Assembly (NCBI GenBank): GCA_964247055.1
Contig: OZ176054.1
Location: 12,214,001-12,278,000, forward strand
Direction: 5' to 3'
Origin: Paragordius varius
Lineage: Eukaryota; Animalia; Nematomorpha
DNA length: 64,000 nucleotides
The translations under genes and the position numbers were made by a program. This document shows, piece after piece, positions 1 through 22,674 of this stretch. How positions within the stretch are numbered: the stretch's first letter is position 1; each line of letters begins with the position of its first letter. The notes below the pieces were generated by a model. That model was not told the origin of the DNA, searched no databases, and saw only the letters and a list, made by a program, of their open reading frames with translations.

Positions 1-257
1 TAATTTTTCTTTGATTATTTGTTCTGTTGATTTTCTATAAAAAGCTTCCGGTGGCATTTGGGACAATACATAAAGTATTTTTTCATAATAATGCGATAAA
101 GTCTAAATTATAAAGTAAAACTATGGTACAAGATGCGGGGATTTGGCCACCTTTAATCCAGTTAAACCAGTTGTCTATGGGTATCAAAATTTTTTTATTA
201 ATCATACCAAAATATAATTTAAAGAAAAAAACTTACTCTTTTGACAAATGAACCCAT
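1..257 (-). CDS. NDUFA5: NADH dehydrogenase 1 alpha subcomplex subunit 5, 5' part (runs off window). Exons 257-237, 174-130, 102-<1
   Basis: Spliced translation MGSFVKR|TTGLTGLKVAKSPHL|TLSHYYEKILYVLSQMPPEAFYRKSTEQNNQEKL matches the NDUFA5 N-terminus (KKTTGLVGL...PH..L...Y.KIL..L...P..A.YRK.TEQ). GT-AG introns of 62 and 27 nt. Absent from the ORF track. Confidence 0.93.
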
Positions 258-309
258 CTCGATTAATTTAATACATAACAATGTGTTATACTGAATGGAT
301 GAATAAACC
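258..309. promoter_or_regulatory. Inferred bidirectional promoter region NDUFA5/VTA1 (52 nt between ATGs)
   Basis: Inferred only from the divergent start codons. Confidence 0.55.
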
Positions 310-3300
310 ATGAGTACCTCAATCCCACCACAACTCAAAAAAATTCAAGTTTTTATAAAATTGGCTGAAGAACATATTAAACGAGATCCTGTTATAGCTT
401 ATTATTGTAATTTTATTATGATATATATATATCACAGGTAAATTGCATGCCCTCCAAGAAGGTATGAGAATAGATAAAACATCCAAAGAATGTTTAAAAT
501 ACCTCACAACTCTTATGGATGAATTGGAGACGGTATAATGATAAATATTAATTATAAAGATATATTAATTTTATATTGTTACTTTGCAATAGTTAATATT
601 GTAATTTTGCATCGGAAAGTTTTTGTTTAAAATTAATTTAAAAAATTTTTTTTCGCTAAAACGCGTTAAATTTTTTTTATTATGGATGCAAAATATACCT
701 TTATTAACACAATTCTAAATAGTATATAATGTCACTAAATGTTGATTTTAATCTATGAATGAGGCTTGTAAAAAATAAAAAACAATATATTTATCATGCG
801 ATTAAAATTAATATTAAAACGTCAAAAACTAAATTAAAATGTTAGATTTAATCACATATGCAATAATTGCTATTTAAATAATCAATTTAAAATGGTAACT
901 GTATTTTGTTTGACTATTCTTAACTTGTGCAATTGATGACTGCTAATTGCGGCATTTACAAGTCGCCAAATCGGTTATTTTTTAATAGGTTGAATACTCA
1001 ACCCTAACCTATTACATTTATGTTCATGGGTAAAACCATCTCAATTAACAAATTTAATATTAGTATGGTCAATACCTCCTTAAAATTTAGAGTTTATATT
1101 TATATCTGAATTACTATAATACATGCATTCAGTTGAAGAAAGAAAATAGAGCTAACGAAGCCTTAACCAATGATATCATAGGGCAATCCTATGTCGAAGC
1201 CTATGCGATTAAACTTTTTTTGTACGCTGATACTGAGGACAGAAATGCCAATTTTAACAAGTTTTTCGATTTTAATTTTGAATTTTATAATATTTATGAT
1301 AAACCATTTATATTGACACTTTGATAGGTTTTATATCTCCATTATAATTAAATAGTTTATACAGTTAGCGGTCCTATTCCATTCATGAAAGTTTTGAATC
1401 CGTTTAAATATAATCAACTACATATCTATAATTTATCAAAAATTAAATTCATGTACCTTTAAACATTGTATTACTGCCCTGTTAAAGTATCGATTAACGT
1501 CAAAAAAATTGCTTAGATTTAGTGGATTATGCCCTTAAATAGTCATGCTTCATATATATATAATTTTATACAAATTATTTTATAGAAACGTTTTGAAAGC
1601 ATTTTTCACAGCCGGCATTTTGTTTGACACCCTTACTTTGTTTGGTCCTTTGCCAGAAGAAGTAGTTTCTTTTAAATTATTGTTTAATTGTTATGTTAAA
1701 ATTTGGATAAATATAATTGTTTACGTAACTTAACTTAGTTATTGGAAAAACGTAAATATGCCAAATGGAAATCCGCTTATCTGAATGAATGTTTTAAAAC
1801 TGGCGCTGAACCGAAACCTGGTCCTCCTGATGGTTATTTTATACAGATTTATAAAATTTAATTGTTAAAGACAAAACCTAATTTAAGCTATCGTTTGGCC
1901 TGTGGAACAAGGCAGATGTTTGTATTTACTTTTTATTTTTTGTCTTAATCATATAAATTTTTAGTGTAAATAATTATTGAATGTACCTCTAGAAAATTGA
2001 TGATTGACAAGGGTTTAAATGCCAACTAAGCGAAATAAATGCGTTGAATAATTGATTTTTTTTACCTTAATTTTTGAAAAATCCATTCTCAAATATAATT
2101 AAATCCGGGGTCTTTTACTCCAATTTATCAATCGATATCTTTGCCAAAAAAGATGCAGATATGCTTCAATTTATGCAAGATCCAGTACCTCCTGTGCCCT
2201 CTAATTCTGTAATAACCAGCGCTAATAACTCCACCACAAATATGCAAAATTCAAATGATATCTCTTGTAATGTTATATTATCTAAAACGGACATAAATTT
2301 GATCAATAATAATAACGTTATTTCTCCCTCTAATTCAAGGATTATGGCAACTACACAATCTGTTCCATTTGCCAATAATGTTCATCATTTGTCGAATTCA
2401 AGCTCAAATATCAATATGATGACAAGCAACGCAAGTAAATTAATTATATAATCAGGAAATTTTTAACTTAAATAGCTTATAATAGAATTTTACCTGGATC
2501 GAACCATAATCGTTTTTAATTCCGATCATGTGTGTAGATATACCATTTTTGTCAAACACAATACTTTTTCAACCAAACGCAACATTTTTTAAAGCAAACG
2601 CATTTTAGGCTCCATTTGAAAGGAAAATGTTGCATTTTAGTGTGTTGAAAAGGTGCTACTTTTGACTGTAAAATGGTATGTTTGGTTTTGAAATATTTTT
2701 GGCAGAAAATGAGCGGGTTCCCTTGTTGTTTCTGTTTTTAGGTTAATTTTTAATTTACCACACAAGTAAATAGCCACAAATATTTTTATCAAATTTGTGA
2801 GATTTGTTACTTTCTCTAATAAATAACGAAAATATACTTTCTATGTTAAATAAACAGTGAAATAAATAAAATTTGTATTATTTTATGGAACCGCAGTTCG
2901 GTCGTCTTTTACACAAACGATTCCGGTTTCAATTTTTACCAAATAATATAGTTGTGACGTATGCGTCTTACGTAAAAATAATAGGGTCCTATAGGATTAT
3001 ATTTTATTAGCTGTTTTTTAATTGACGTAAAGTTAATTTTACAGCCATTTCATATTAAACTATTTTCTGCCATCTTTCCTTGATATTTTTTTTGAAATAA
3101 TTAAGATTTTTTTTATAGCAACTTCCCATATTAAATCAGGGTTTTGGTTTTATATAAATATAGATTTACCTTATTTTATTGCTGACTTTAAATAATATAT
3201 AGTTAGTGGAAGTTAACATTTATAATCAATTTTATGAATTATATAGATACCACTATAGATCCAATCGAATGCGCAAAGGCTGAAAAATTATGTAAATTTG

Positions 3301-3392
3301 CCTATAGTGCGCTACAGTACCAGGATATACCAACAGCCATAACAAATTTACAACAGTGTTTAGCTATCCTAACTAATTTAAATAACAGATGA
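310..3392 (+). CDS. VTA1: Vacuolar protein sorting-associated VTA1/LIP5. Exons 310-406, 438-532, 1133-1260, 1586-1661, 1739-1832, 2153-2434, 3247-3392 (305 aa)
   Basis: N-terminal MIT region (RDPVIAYYC, KLFLYADTEDR, RKYAKWKS) and C-terminal VSL domain (AEKLCKFAYSALQYQDIPTAITNLQQCL). All junctions GT-AG and phase-consistent. Confidence 0.93.
2543..2676. mobile_element. Short MITE family C
   Basis: TA-CCATTTT(T)GTCAAA ... TTTGACTGTAAAATGG-TA. Confidence 0.65.
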
Positions 3393-5269
3393 AATACATA
3401 ATATAGTCAAAATATTGTGTAAATGATATAAATGTGTGTATTAATGCAAACGTTATGTCAATTAATAGATCTATATATTTAATCACTGAGATATTTCATA
3501 AGTATCTGATAACATGATTGGGTTTGGTCATGTTTGCTGTTTATATAAGTAGATTTTGGGTTTACGTTGAATCTGTATATTTTTGAAGGTGCAAGTTGCC
3601 CGTTGAAGTTATGGTGCCAATCCACTCTTATAGTTTATTTATGCCCTTTATGTTCCTTTTTCTTTTACTAACCTTCTTTCGCCCAATTAATTTTTAAGCG
3701 ACTCTCATGGTATAATTGATAATAAAAACGAGAAATTTAGTTAAAAAACGAGGAATCAGGAGGCGTGAACGAATTTAGGGCACGTGTTAAAAGCAATGCT
3801 TCATTTAATTGAATAAAGCTATAGCTTTTGGACTGGCAATAAAAATATGAAGGTGATAATGGGCCGTAGAAAAAATGATATGAAATACTGTTGTAATACC
3901 AATTAATTTTTTCCACTGCTTATATATTTCCATAATATATATGTTAGAATCGAGGAGTTAGAATTACCAAGAAAACATGATGGAAAAAATCCATGCTATG
4001 GCCATAAAATTTTTCTCTTTAAAGGGTAAAAGGGCAATGAACTATCTGGTATATCTCAAAGTTTAAGAAATATAGGATTTCCGATATACCATTTATATCT
4101 CAACACCCTTGAACATTTCGAATTTCCCTTGAATATATCCAATTCAGCCTCAAACATAAAACCTTAAATAATTGTGTTTATTTATATTAAACATTATAAA
4201 TTATTTTGTTTAATGTTTGGGTAATAAAAAATAATATGCCATAAAAATTTTAATCGATATTATTCTCAAACTCATATTGCGTTTTTATGAGGAATTCGAA
4301 TTGGTATATTATTAATTTTAATAATCAAAAGTAATTACGATATGTTCAAAGGTATATTTGGTCCATTGTAATTTGATATTCAAAGAATTTGAGATGTTCG
4401 TATAGAATAGTAAAATTTGATATGGAATTAAGTTGTAATCATTAGATTTAGCTACCTGAAATTTACATGATTTACATACAATTGTTAATTCCAAAACAGG
4501 TTAAGACACTAAGTGTGCTTCTAAATATAGCTTCTTATCCTACATTCGCTTTTATTTTGGAAAAAAATATTTTTAGTTGATATCAAACTTTAGCATATAT
4601 TAAAATTTTTTTTTAGAAAATCAAAATATTTTGGGATTTTTGTACATGTAAAATTTTTTTTAAATTTTGTTTGCTTTTATGTAATGATATATTTTTATAG
4701 CAGTTTTTAAATGAAGCCCCTAGGTTATTATTTGACAAACTAAGCGCAAATTTTGCCATTTTCAGATATGAAATACATACCACAATTTATATAACTTTCT
4801 TGCCTCACTCGTACAGCTAAAAACAAAAGCATCATGATAATCCTGATACATTTTCTTATCAGAATATTCCATCAGGTGGTTTTTTATTGTAGACGCTTGC
4901 TTATCACTTAAAAACATAATCAACATTGCCGATCATAGGGAAGGAAATATAATAATATAAAAATAATAAGAAGCAGTCGATGTCGATTATATTATGTACT
5001 TAAAATTTTAAGATAGTTGGCTAGGTGATTTCCTAAACTTGCCTTTAAAGGCAAGATTATATATGTATATGGAGATTTCAACCTTTTTTAACTCTAGCTT
5101 ATTTTAATTTATTTCAAAGGTGTACATTTAATGCAAACATACAAAAATTATTTTATGATATAATCCTCAGATTATTTTGTGTAACTTACGTAAAACATAA
5201 ATCTACAAAACAAAACAGTAAAATAAAAATGTGAATTTCTAATATATCAGTTGGTAACAAATTAAAGTT

Positions 5270-6399
5270 ATGAAATTTAAAAATTTGAAATGCTTGCATG
5301 CCGATTCCAAATTAATATATTCTTTGTATTTATCGTCTCTTTACAATAAATATACTTTTGATAATCAATATTTTTTAATCTTAGGTATTAATATTTTAAT
5401 ATAAAGGATTTGAAGATGGAAACGTTAAAATATTAGATACTCTTTTGTTTAAAGAGTTGATGTATTTTCCAGTGTCAACTACTGCCATAACCCATATAAT
5501 TGGCAACTCTTTAAATGATCAGGAATTCATTTATTTTTTTGATAAAACTGGAGTTTTGTCAGCATATACTTTTGATAAACTAACTCTTCAAAAAATTGGT
5601 ATTATATTTTTATTTTATGTTAGAAATATTTCATGCGCAATATTATGGATTTTGTAAACCGTTAATTATTAGACAAAATTACCTGATTGTTCCAATGTAT
5701 ACAAATAATTTGATTGTTTTGAATTCTCAAAATTTAGACAAACTTAAACTTGTAGAACTCAAAGATATTGAAAACTATGGTTCAATAATGTGCATGACAA
5801 AACTGTCTCACGAGAATTTTCTGGCCGGTTATGAAAATGGAGCTCTTATAACTTTCAATTATCAATCGGATTTCAAAAGCATTACACCGATTCAAAAAAT
5901 CCTTGATCTTACAATGAATATTGATGCCGAAGATTTAGGCCCCATTTTTTCCTTAACATTTTGTGTTCAAAACAATATTGGTTTTGGTGTTTCAGCTATT
6001 AAATCTCACAAATTATTTTGCTTTGCCTTTGATAGAAACAGAAATGTAATAGAAATCCAACGGTCTTATGATTTGTCAACACTGTTTGATTACTCTATTG
6101 ATGCTTTCCCTACAATTATAACATGTATCAATGTACCACAATTACCAAATCAAAATGCGGACAGAATAATGATAGTTTTCGGGGGTCAATTAATTCCACC
6201 CTTTACAATAAACACCTTAACTATAAACACGCAATCTTTTCAAGTTATTGAATCCAACACACTAGATAGACACGTTAATCAATTGCTAACTTTGGATATG
6301 TTCAAACGAGACGAAAAATCTTACGTTTTCGTTTCTTCTAAAGATTTAACCCTGAGTGTTTGGGAGGATTTGGAAAAAGAATATACAATTACCGTTTGA
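5270..6399 (+). CDS. GNB1L: WD40 protein, GNB1L/ASA1-like. Exons 5270-5384, 5407-5598, 5624-6399 (360 aa)
   Basis: Motif order LGFEDGNVKI, YYGFCK, YGSIMCM, FLAGYENG, GPIFSLTF and C-terminal SSKDLTLSVW parallels GNB1L (SGSQSGLVHIW, GFCR, GMPMCL, LLAGYEDG, GSKDQRISLW). Requires 22- and 25-nt introns. Confidence 0.72.
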
Positions 6400-6699
6400 A
6401 ACTCTGAATTCTAGTGAAAAAATAATTTAAACAAAAAGACACTTTGATAAAGAGCCATCAACGAAAATTTAAAGGCTGCCATATATATACATTTATAATA
6501 AAAATACTTTTGTAATGCTCAAAAATGTGATATTTAATATATTTATTTCTGAAACTAAATGCAATCATGATAATAAACATATCTTTATAAAACTAATATA
6601 TGATTAAAAACGGTTGGTACATGTATATCTTTTGATTCACAGCACCTTATTTATATACATTCTGATTGCATCTGCCGCCCCTTCAATAGTTGTCATTTT

Positions 6700-9600
6700 T
6701 CAAATTTCGAGTTGAGCGTTTTCATGCATTTGTGTAGCTTCGTTAGATTTTGATTCCCATTTTTCCAAAATATTTTTGAGCAAAATCATGAGATCTGGCA
6801 GTTCAAGGCTGTTATAATCCGTGTTCGGGAGTATGGAGATTGCATTATTATTATTATTATTATTAGAATAATTTGTGTTATTTTCTCGTAAAGCTCTACT
6901 TTCATATTTTAGCTGTAAACGCAATTTCTTTTCCTCCTCATAAAATTTTTTGCGTAATGATTCCAGGGTCCGTGCACTGCACCTTGGGATATTAACGGGT
7001 GCAACATCGTGAAACCGTTCATAGTTTATGGCTAAATTCCCGGTCTCCGTTATAAATCGAGTCAGCCGTTCAAATCTATAGCCCCACAAAATTTCATCTA
7101 ACCATATATATATGATATTGAATATAAATTGTAAGATAGAAGAGTTTTAAAAACTAATAATAGTCAAGTGTGTGTGTCTTTTGCATTTAACATCGTGAAT
7201 TGTGAGTCGCATAAGGAGAAAATACATGATTGTGCGCATCCTATGGTTTTTTTAGAAAAAAATATTAAAAGTTTACGACAAATGTTTAATTATTAAATTT
7301 TTTATTAATATTATTCTTATTATTGAGTCATAAAGGCTACTTTTAGCGGTTCTATCTTTGTAAAACATAATATAAAATTATTAAGCATCAGCTGATTAGA
7401 TCAACCGCTATTTATTACGGGAATGACACTATATTCATTTATCAATCACAAAATAATAAAAAGTGAAAAGAAACAGTCGAAAAAATATTATTATATCATT
7501 AATAAAACAAGAAATTATATGTTTACGTGGGAGGTAAGAGGTCCTTGCTTGCATACTAGCACCAGTTGCTTCCACGTTGCCCTCAAATATAAAAACCATT
7601 TCGAAATGATCATCGGCTAATTGTTGAGCGCTCATATCATAAAACGGGGAAGTTTCATCAATTATGTGACTCAGAATAACGGGCCAAACTAGGAATACAT
7701 CACCTTCGGGTGGGTTAGTTCCCACATTGATAACATACGGTTTAAGGTGAATTATTTCACCTTCCAGGGTTACTTTTTTACGGAACATATAGGCTTTAGT
7801 ATGGGCCCCAATCATATGCGATCTTCTCATATCACCTATTTTTATGGCGCGTAACGATAATGATCATTTACTTTCTTGTTAATAAAATACAGTATGCATT
7901 TTACGATTGTTGCTTATTTTACACACTATAGTAGGGGGCAATTCGCAACACAGGAATGTTGGTAAAAAGAAAGGAAATAATTTTTTATTCAACATTTTGT
8001 TGTTTATTCCATACTCTACTAATGTGTTGCAAATAGCCCTAGCATAGTGTGTAATAGCTAATAAGCAATCATTAAAATGCATACTGTAATGCCTTATGAT
8101 GGGAATCGTATTATGGAACGCGGTTGTAAAAAGTTATACATCATTAAAATTTGGCTATTAATAAGTAAATATTAAAATCCTCATTAAACTAAAAAATATC
8201 TAGGAATTTTTTTTAAAAAAAATAGATTAGGATTATATTTACCAGGAACGTTATTAAAAATGTGTGCAATCGAAACAAACCAAAAGTTGTAATACCAAAC
8301 AAAGTAGCAAAATATAGTTTAATCATTTCTCTTAACTTTTATCCTATCTAATAAAATTAATAATTTTATTTTAGTAATGTTGTTTAACCGCGTCTCGATT
8401 GGTATTATACATTTATTGGATTCAGCATCCAAACAAACCATGGAACCGTTATTTAGCATTTATTTATATAATTAAAACAAACCATTTCATTATATTTAAG
8501 AGTGCCCCCCCTTACGACTGTTGGATCGATATTATAATTACTAATGAAAAAAAAACGATAAATAAATTCTGATATATGCATTCATCGTGATATTAAAAAT
8601 ATTTTATATCAAACATTAACTCATTTTGAAAATCATCACTAATTTTCTAAATATATGGATTTACTTACCAATTCTTACGCAAAGCACCAATTGACCATCC
8701 CGTGTACAAATGACACAATTACGGCTAAACATAAGCGTTGCAGCGCGTTTTTTGGGCCTACACAGCTTAGCAAACATCATGCCCGTTATGAAGCCTTGAA
8801 CTAACGTTCCACAAATACATTGAATCAAAAATATTATTATGGCTTCGGGGCAAGCTTCTGTAATATATCTATAGCCAAACCCAATCGTGTGTTGAGCCTC
8901 AACCGAAAACAAAAAAACACCAGCAAAAGATTTTATGTTTTTCACGCACGGTTCCCATTCCTCGTCCCCTATGTGATCAAAATCATCGTGGGAGAATAGA
9001 ATGAGCCACCATATGAAAGCAAAAATGAACCAAGAAATAAGGAATCCTAAGGCAAAAATGGCTACAGACCATCGCCATTTACTATCCAACAGTGTCGTAT
9101 ATATGTCGGTCAAAAAGTGTTGCTTAAGTTTAGGTATATTGGCATGTATAACATTTGTCGTCCCTGATTTATTCACTAAACGTTTCCGTATCTTTTTGGG
9201 CAAAAAGATGGAGGATTCATCGGTTGGACTGAAGGCGGAAGCTATAACACATATTAAATATTTTTTTGGTTGTTAATTTTGTTGACCAATTAATACTATT
9301 TTTGTTATAATTAATTTCGATCGATTCGAAATATCAGATTTATCGCTCTACTCTATGATAGAACTAATATAAATTTAAAATTTTATACCAATTAATTTAG
9401 ATATAGATGAACCTATTGTTAGAACAATTATCTCTACTTAATAAAATCGACACTATTAACGGTTAAAATTATTAAACTAACTGTAAAGTTTCTCTCACTA
9501 GAATCTAATGTCACCAAAGTTAGTAAAATATGCCAAATTCAGCAGGTATTGACCCCTAATTCACGCATTAATTATGTATCAATATATCTTTAAAATAAAT

Positions 9601-10412
9601 AAAGCTAACGCATTGTTGAGACGTAGAAACCATTACCCTAAAATGTGAAACAATCATATTATTTAATTCTAAAAACAATATATCATATAGCCTCCCTTAT
9701 CAAAATATGTATGTAAATGTCATTATAAAAAGAAGCACTATTAGACCACACTAATCATGAAAACCTATGTATTTATACCAACTTTCCTTTGTTTTGGCAC
9801 ATGGGAATATGGGCCAAAGTCACGCCAACCATCCTTCTTGTAATATTGATCAAACCATTGTGAGATTCGACTTTTCTTACGTTTTTTACCCGCTAAATCT
9901 TCAGCTATTGAACCTAGGACAATAGAATCCGGGGGTGAGGGGAGCGACCCCGTTCCCCTTATCGAAGATGTTTTAGGCATTGGATTAACAACAAGAGCGT
10001 TGCTATCAGGCGGCGTTTGATTAGTGGCCCCGGGTGGGTTATCATAATCCAACGTATACACATTCCGTAAATTTTGATTTTGGGCCTCAAAAAAGCCCGG
10101 GGGTAAGAAAAAACTTTTACGTTTCCTTTGCTTTTTATCCAAGAAAGAAGAAGGTTTTACATCAACCGTATCATTATCGGTCGTAATGAGAGATTTCTTT
10201 TTTGTCTTCAAGTATTTTTCCCTTTCATCTAAATATACGCCTCCTTCACCACCAATGTTAAAATTTGCATCATCACGTGAAATATGGGAATCTAAACTTG
10301 GCGTTATTGAAAGATTATTATCTTGATTTTTTGCCTCAGTACTTGTTCCCCCTTCCTCTCCTTCCTGAGTATTATTTGTGGGGTGTATATGAATATTTTT
10401 AAAGAATTTCAT
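6700..10412 (-). CDS. Inward-rectifier potassium channel (Kir). Exons 10412-9779, 9241-8669, 7835-7527, 7097-6700 (637 aa)
   Basis: Kir hallmarks: DIYTTLLDSKWRW, M1, pore FLFSVEAQHTIGFG, M2, RPKKRAATLMFS, DMRRSH, HIIDETSPFY, QARTSYLP, EILWGYRF. Phases consistent. Confidence 0.95.
7890..8086. mobile_element. Tc1/mariner-type MITE (other copies 22999-23191, 35864-36025)
   Basis: TA-CAGTATGCATTTTA ... TAAAATGCATACTG-TA. Three copies share the internal sequence gggggcaattcgcaacacaggaat. Confidence 0.85.
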
Positions 10413-11527
10413 TTATTTTTTTTTGCTACTTGGTAATCATATCATTTGTAAACCGCGCCCAAAATATATATATAGGTTGATTTATGTGTTTTGATTTGAA
10501 TCAAAAATTGGTCTCTTTCATTTTAATTTTATATGTTTATGGATGCATGGTTGGTTAAATTCAAATATATTACCAATAAATAAATGTATCAAAACATATC
10601 GCGCGATATAAGGTTACAATATAATTGATATCGAATAAATATGTATATTATCAGTGAAACAAATTAAATAACATTTAATGTCACATCAAAGATGACATAA
10701 ATTAGATAAAATGGGAGTTAGTTTTATTTAGATATTGAATAGTATGGTAGTTATTGTTTTGATAAATTAATGATAATATATATAATTATATAGTTGATGA
10801 TTATCATTGCTATTATAAGTTGTAGGGTGTTAATTATAAAAAAAACGGGTATGTTTGATTTCAAAACCGCAGGCTGTATTCTTATTCGATTTTAAATATA
10901 AATACATGTAAATAATGTTTCTTAATATTGAGAAACAATCAGTCATATGGCATAGATTTACTTGTCGGATATTGTGAGTTTATTCAAAAAATACTAAAAA
11001 CGCATTAAAACTTGATATATCCTTTAAAATGCGAAAATATTTTAGAAAATATAATTACCTATACAATTTTGGGTTACATTTCCAAAAATATACATTTAAG
11101 CTATAAATTTTTGCATCGATAGTTTTTCACAATATTTGCTGCCTGCCATATTTATTTTTTTAGTATAACCTTTAGACACTAATAAGGTATAAATTAAATT
11201 TATTATAATAATATAATATTAGTATATTCAATTCAAATGCAAATCAATATGTCCATTATTTTACTAATACTTTTAATAAATTTCACAATATTGCGCAATG
11301 GGAAAAATACTAATACTAAAATGTATTCATGTAATCAAAAAGATTATAATTGTGAAAATATACAGTATGCATATGAATGCTGGCGTATTCTCACTCTAAC
11401 TGCTCTCGTTTAACAACACAGAAAGTAAGGTATGGAAAAAATATTGAATAATATCAACAATGTAATATACACAGAGGTAAAAATGGTTTATTCAAGACCA
11501 AAGCAAAATTTATTATTGTTGGAATTC

Positions 11528-20554
<9,027 letters not shown>

Positions 20555-20779
20555 TTTGTTAATAGTTTAAAATATAAAACGTTTTCATATGTCAAATGCA
20601 TAAACGTTAAAGGGTGCAAAAAGCATGATAAAATAGAGCAAAACACATGGCCTGCAAATCAAATATTTGCTTAGCTAAGCTTTTTTTCGAATATATTCGG
20701 AAATTGAGACACGATAAATGTATTTATTGTTTTTATTTATGTTTTGATTATCGTTTTTACTCGCTTTTATTATTATAAC
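20555..20779. promoter_or_regulatory. Inferred bidirectional promoter region thiolase/XYLT (225 nt)
   Basis: Inferred only from the divergent start codons. Confidence 0.5.
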
Positions 20780-22638
20780 ATGCGATATGTTTTAAATCGT
20801 ATCCTACGAAGATGTATAAGATTTTTATGCTTGAGAAAAAAATATATCAGTTATCTCATATTCCTAGTCTTAATGACTCAAATCTTTCTCAATATTCAGA
20901 TAGGAGAGAATAACCACAAAGATAATGGGAGAAAGGTAAGTACAGTATTTTCTATATAATTACAAATTTTTATTTTTCAAGTTCAATTTGCTATTTTTTC
21001 ATTCATTTTTATAAAAGTTTCCCGACGCTATTGTCCCAGTAACAGCACCACCAATCCCTGAAAATTTAACGTTTTGTCCGAAATTTCCTTCTGAGTTTCG
21101 AGATGCCTTAAATAGGGCAAAATCCATCACATGTAAACAACAAATTATTGACGTGGGTTGTAAATATATATCCCGACACATTTATTCCCAAACACTTTAT
21201 TCAACTTGCCCGTTAATGAGTAAAAAAATAATTCCTCATTTTAATACCAATTTGATAAAAACTTTACGATTTTCTTATTTTTTGTTTCAGATAAACCCAA
21301 AATATTGGGGTGTTTCGCCGAAGCAGGATTTAGCCCAGATTACTCTGAAAGCCAAAATATGGATGATTTAACACATGAACGATGTATCAACTTTTGTTTC
21401 AATAGACGTAATATTTTTTTTAAAAGATTTATTTTTTAAGAAAATATAATTTAAATTATATTTTGACCATAAATTGGAAGGTCATGTGGTTAATAATACC
21501 AATATATTTATGTAATTTATAGCAATCGTTTTTGTTTTTTTCGACGAACAAATTGTTTAGTTAGTTCGGTTACGTTTTTTAATCAATGGTTTTTTTTGAC
21601 TACTTTAATAAAGTGTAAAATATATTCTAATTTTTTACTGAATATATAAATATATAACCATAAAAAATTGGGAAAATTGTTAAAGAATATCTACTTGATT
21701 AACTTGAAAATAAACGAACAAAATAGAATGTTTAGACCATGATACTGTTTTAAAACTTTACAGTTTTTTTTATCAATGGTTTACATAACATATATATTTA
21801 TACAAAATATATTGGCTACATAAAATAACACTTTTATTTAATCGTACCAGCCTTTTTTCGCAAAAACTCTCATTAGTATAAACAAACCTTTCTTCGTTAA
21901 TACGATTATTAACAAACAATAATACATTTTATATCCTATTACTATATTGTTTTGATATTGTGTATATTCCGTAAAAATTAATTATATTATTTTTATAAAA
22001 ATAATTTATTTTTGTTTTTTAATAATAATATTTTTTTGCAGAATTTCGATATGCTCATTGTATGAATGGAAATATTTGTAGATGTGGTATGCGCTATAAC
22101 TCATATGGAGCTATTGTATCGAATCACACCTTAAATGAGACAAGAATGACCTTAAACCCTAAAAAAGTTTAATTTTTACCCTAATAATTTTTAAAATTAT
22201 ATTAAAAAAAATTTTTTTGGAAAATAATAAAATATTGTATTTATAAAATAGGGGGGTTATTTTAAATTTTTTATTGAAATTCTTTTTTATTTTATTTTTT
22301 GATTATCAGAAAAAATTGCCCTACCTTCTTTTTATTTAATTGGCAATAAAAATTGACATAAAAAAACTTTAAATCCTACCAAAAATTACCCTATATTTTA
22401 ATATTTTAAAGAAAATATATTTATTTATATCTTATGAATATCTTAAAAATAAATTACTTTATTTCATGTATTTTTTTTCATTACTTACCTTTTTTTTGAA
22501 AATGTAGAATGTTAAATATGATAATATAAGACATACCAAATGTTTCGATAAAGTTTGCCCAGGAAACTCCGAACAACCTTGTGGGACTGAAAATGCCGCT
22601 GTCACCATTGAAACCGGATTTTTAAGTTTTTTTTTCAT

Positions 22639-22674
<36 letters not shown>

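Noticed and set aside
6700-7089. Independent 129-aa gene
   Set aside because: It is the last Kir exon (EILWGYRF...PRCSA).
7879-8082. 67-aa and 85-aa similar ORFs (7879-8082, 23014-23271) as paralogs
   Set aside because: Both are the same Tc1-type MITE.
9001-9276. Antisense and off-frame ORFs over real exons (also 2166-2375, 7423-7620, 34826-35032, 44664-44921, 49509-49760)
   Set aside because: These are shadow ORFs of higher-GC coding exons with no independent support.
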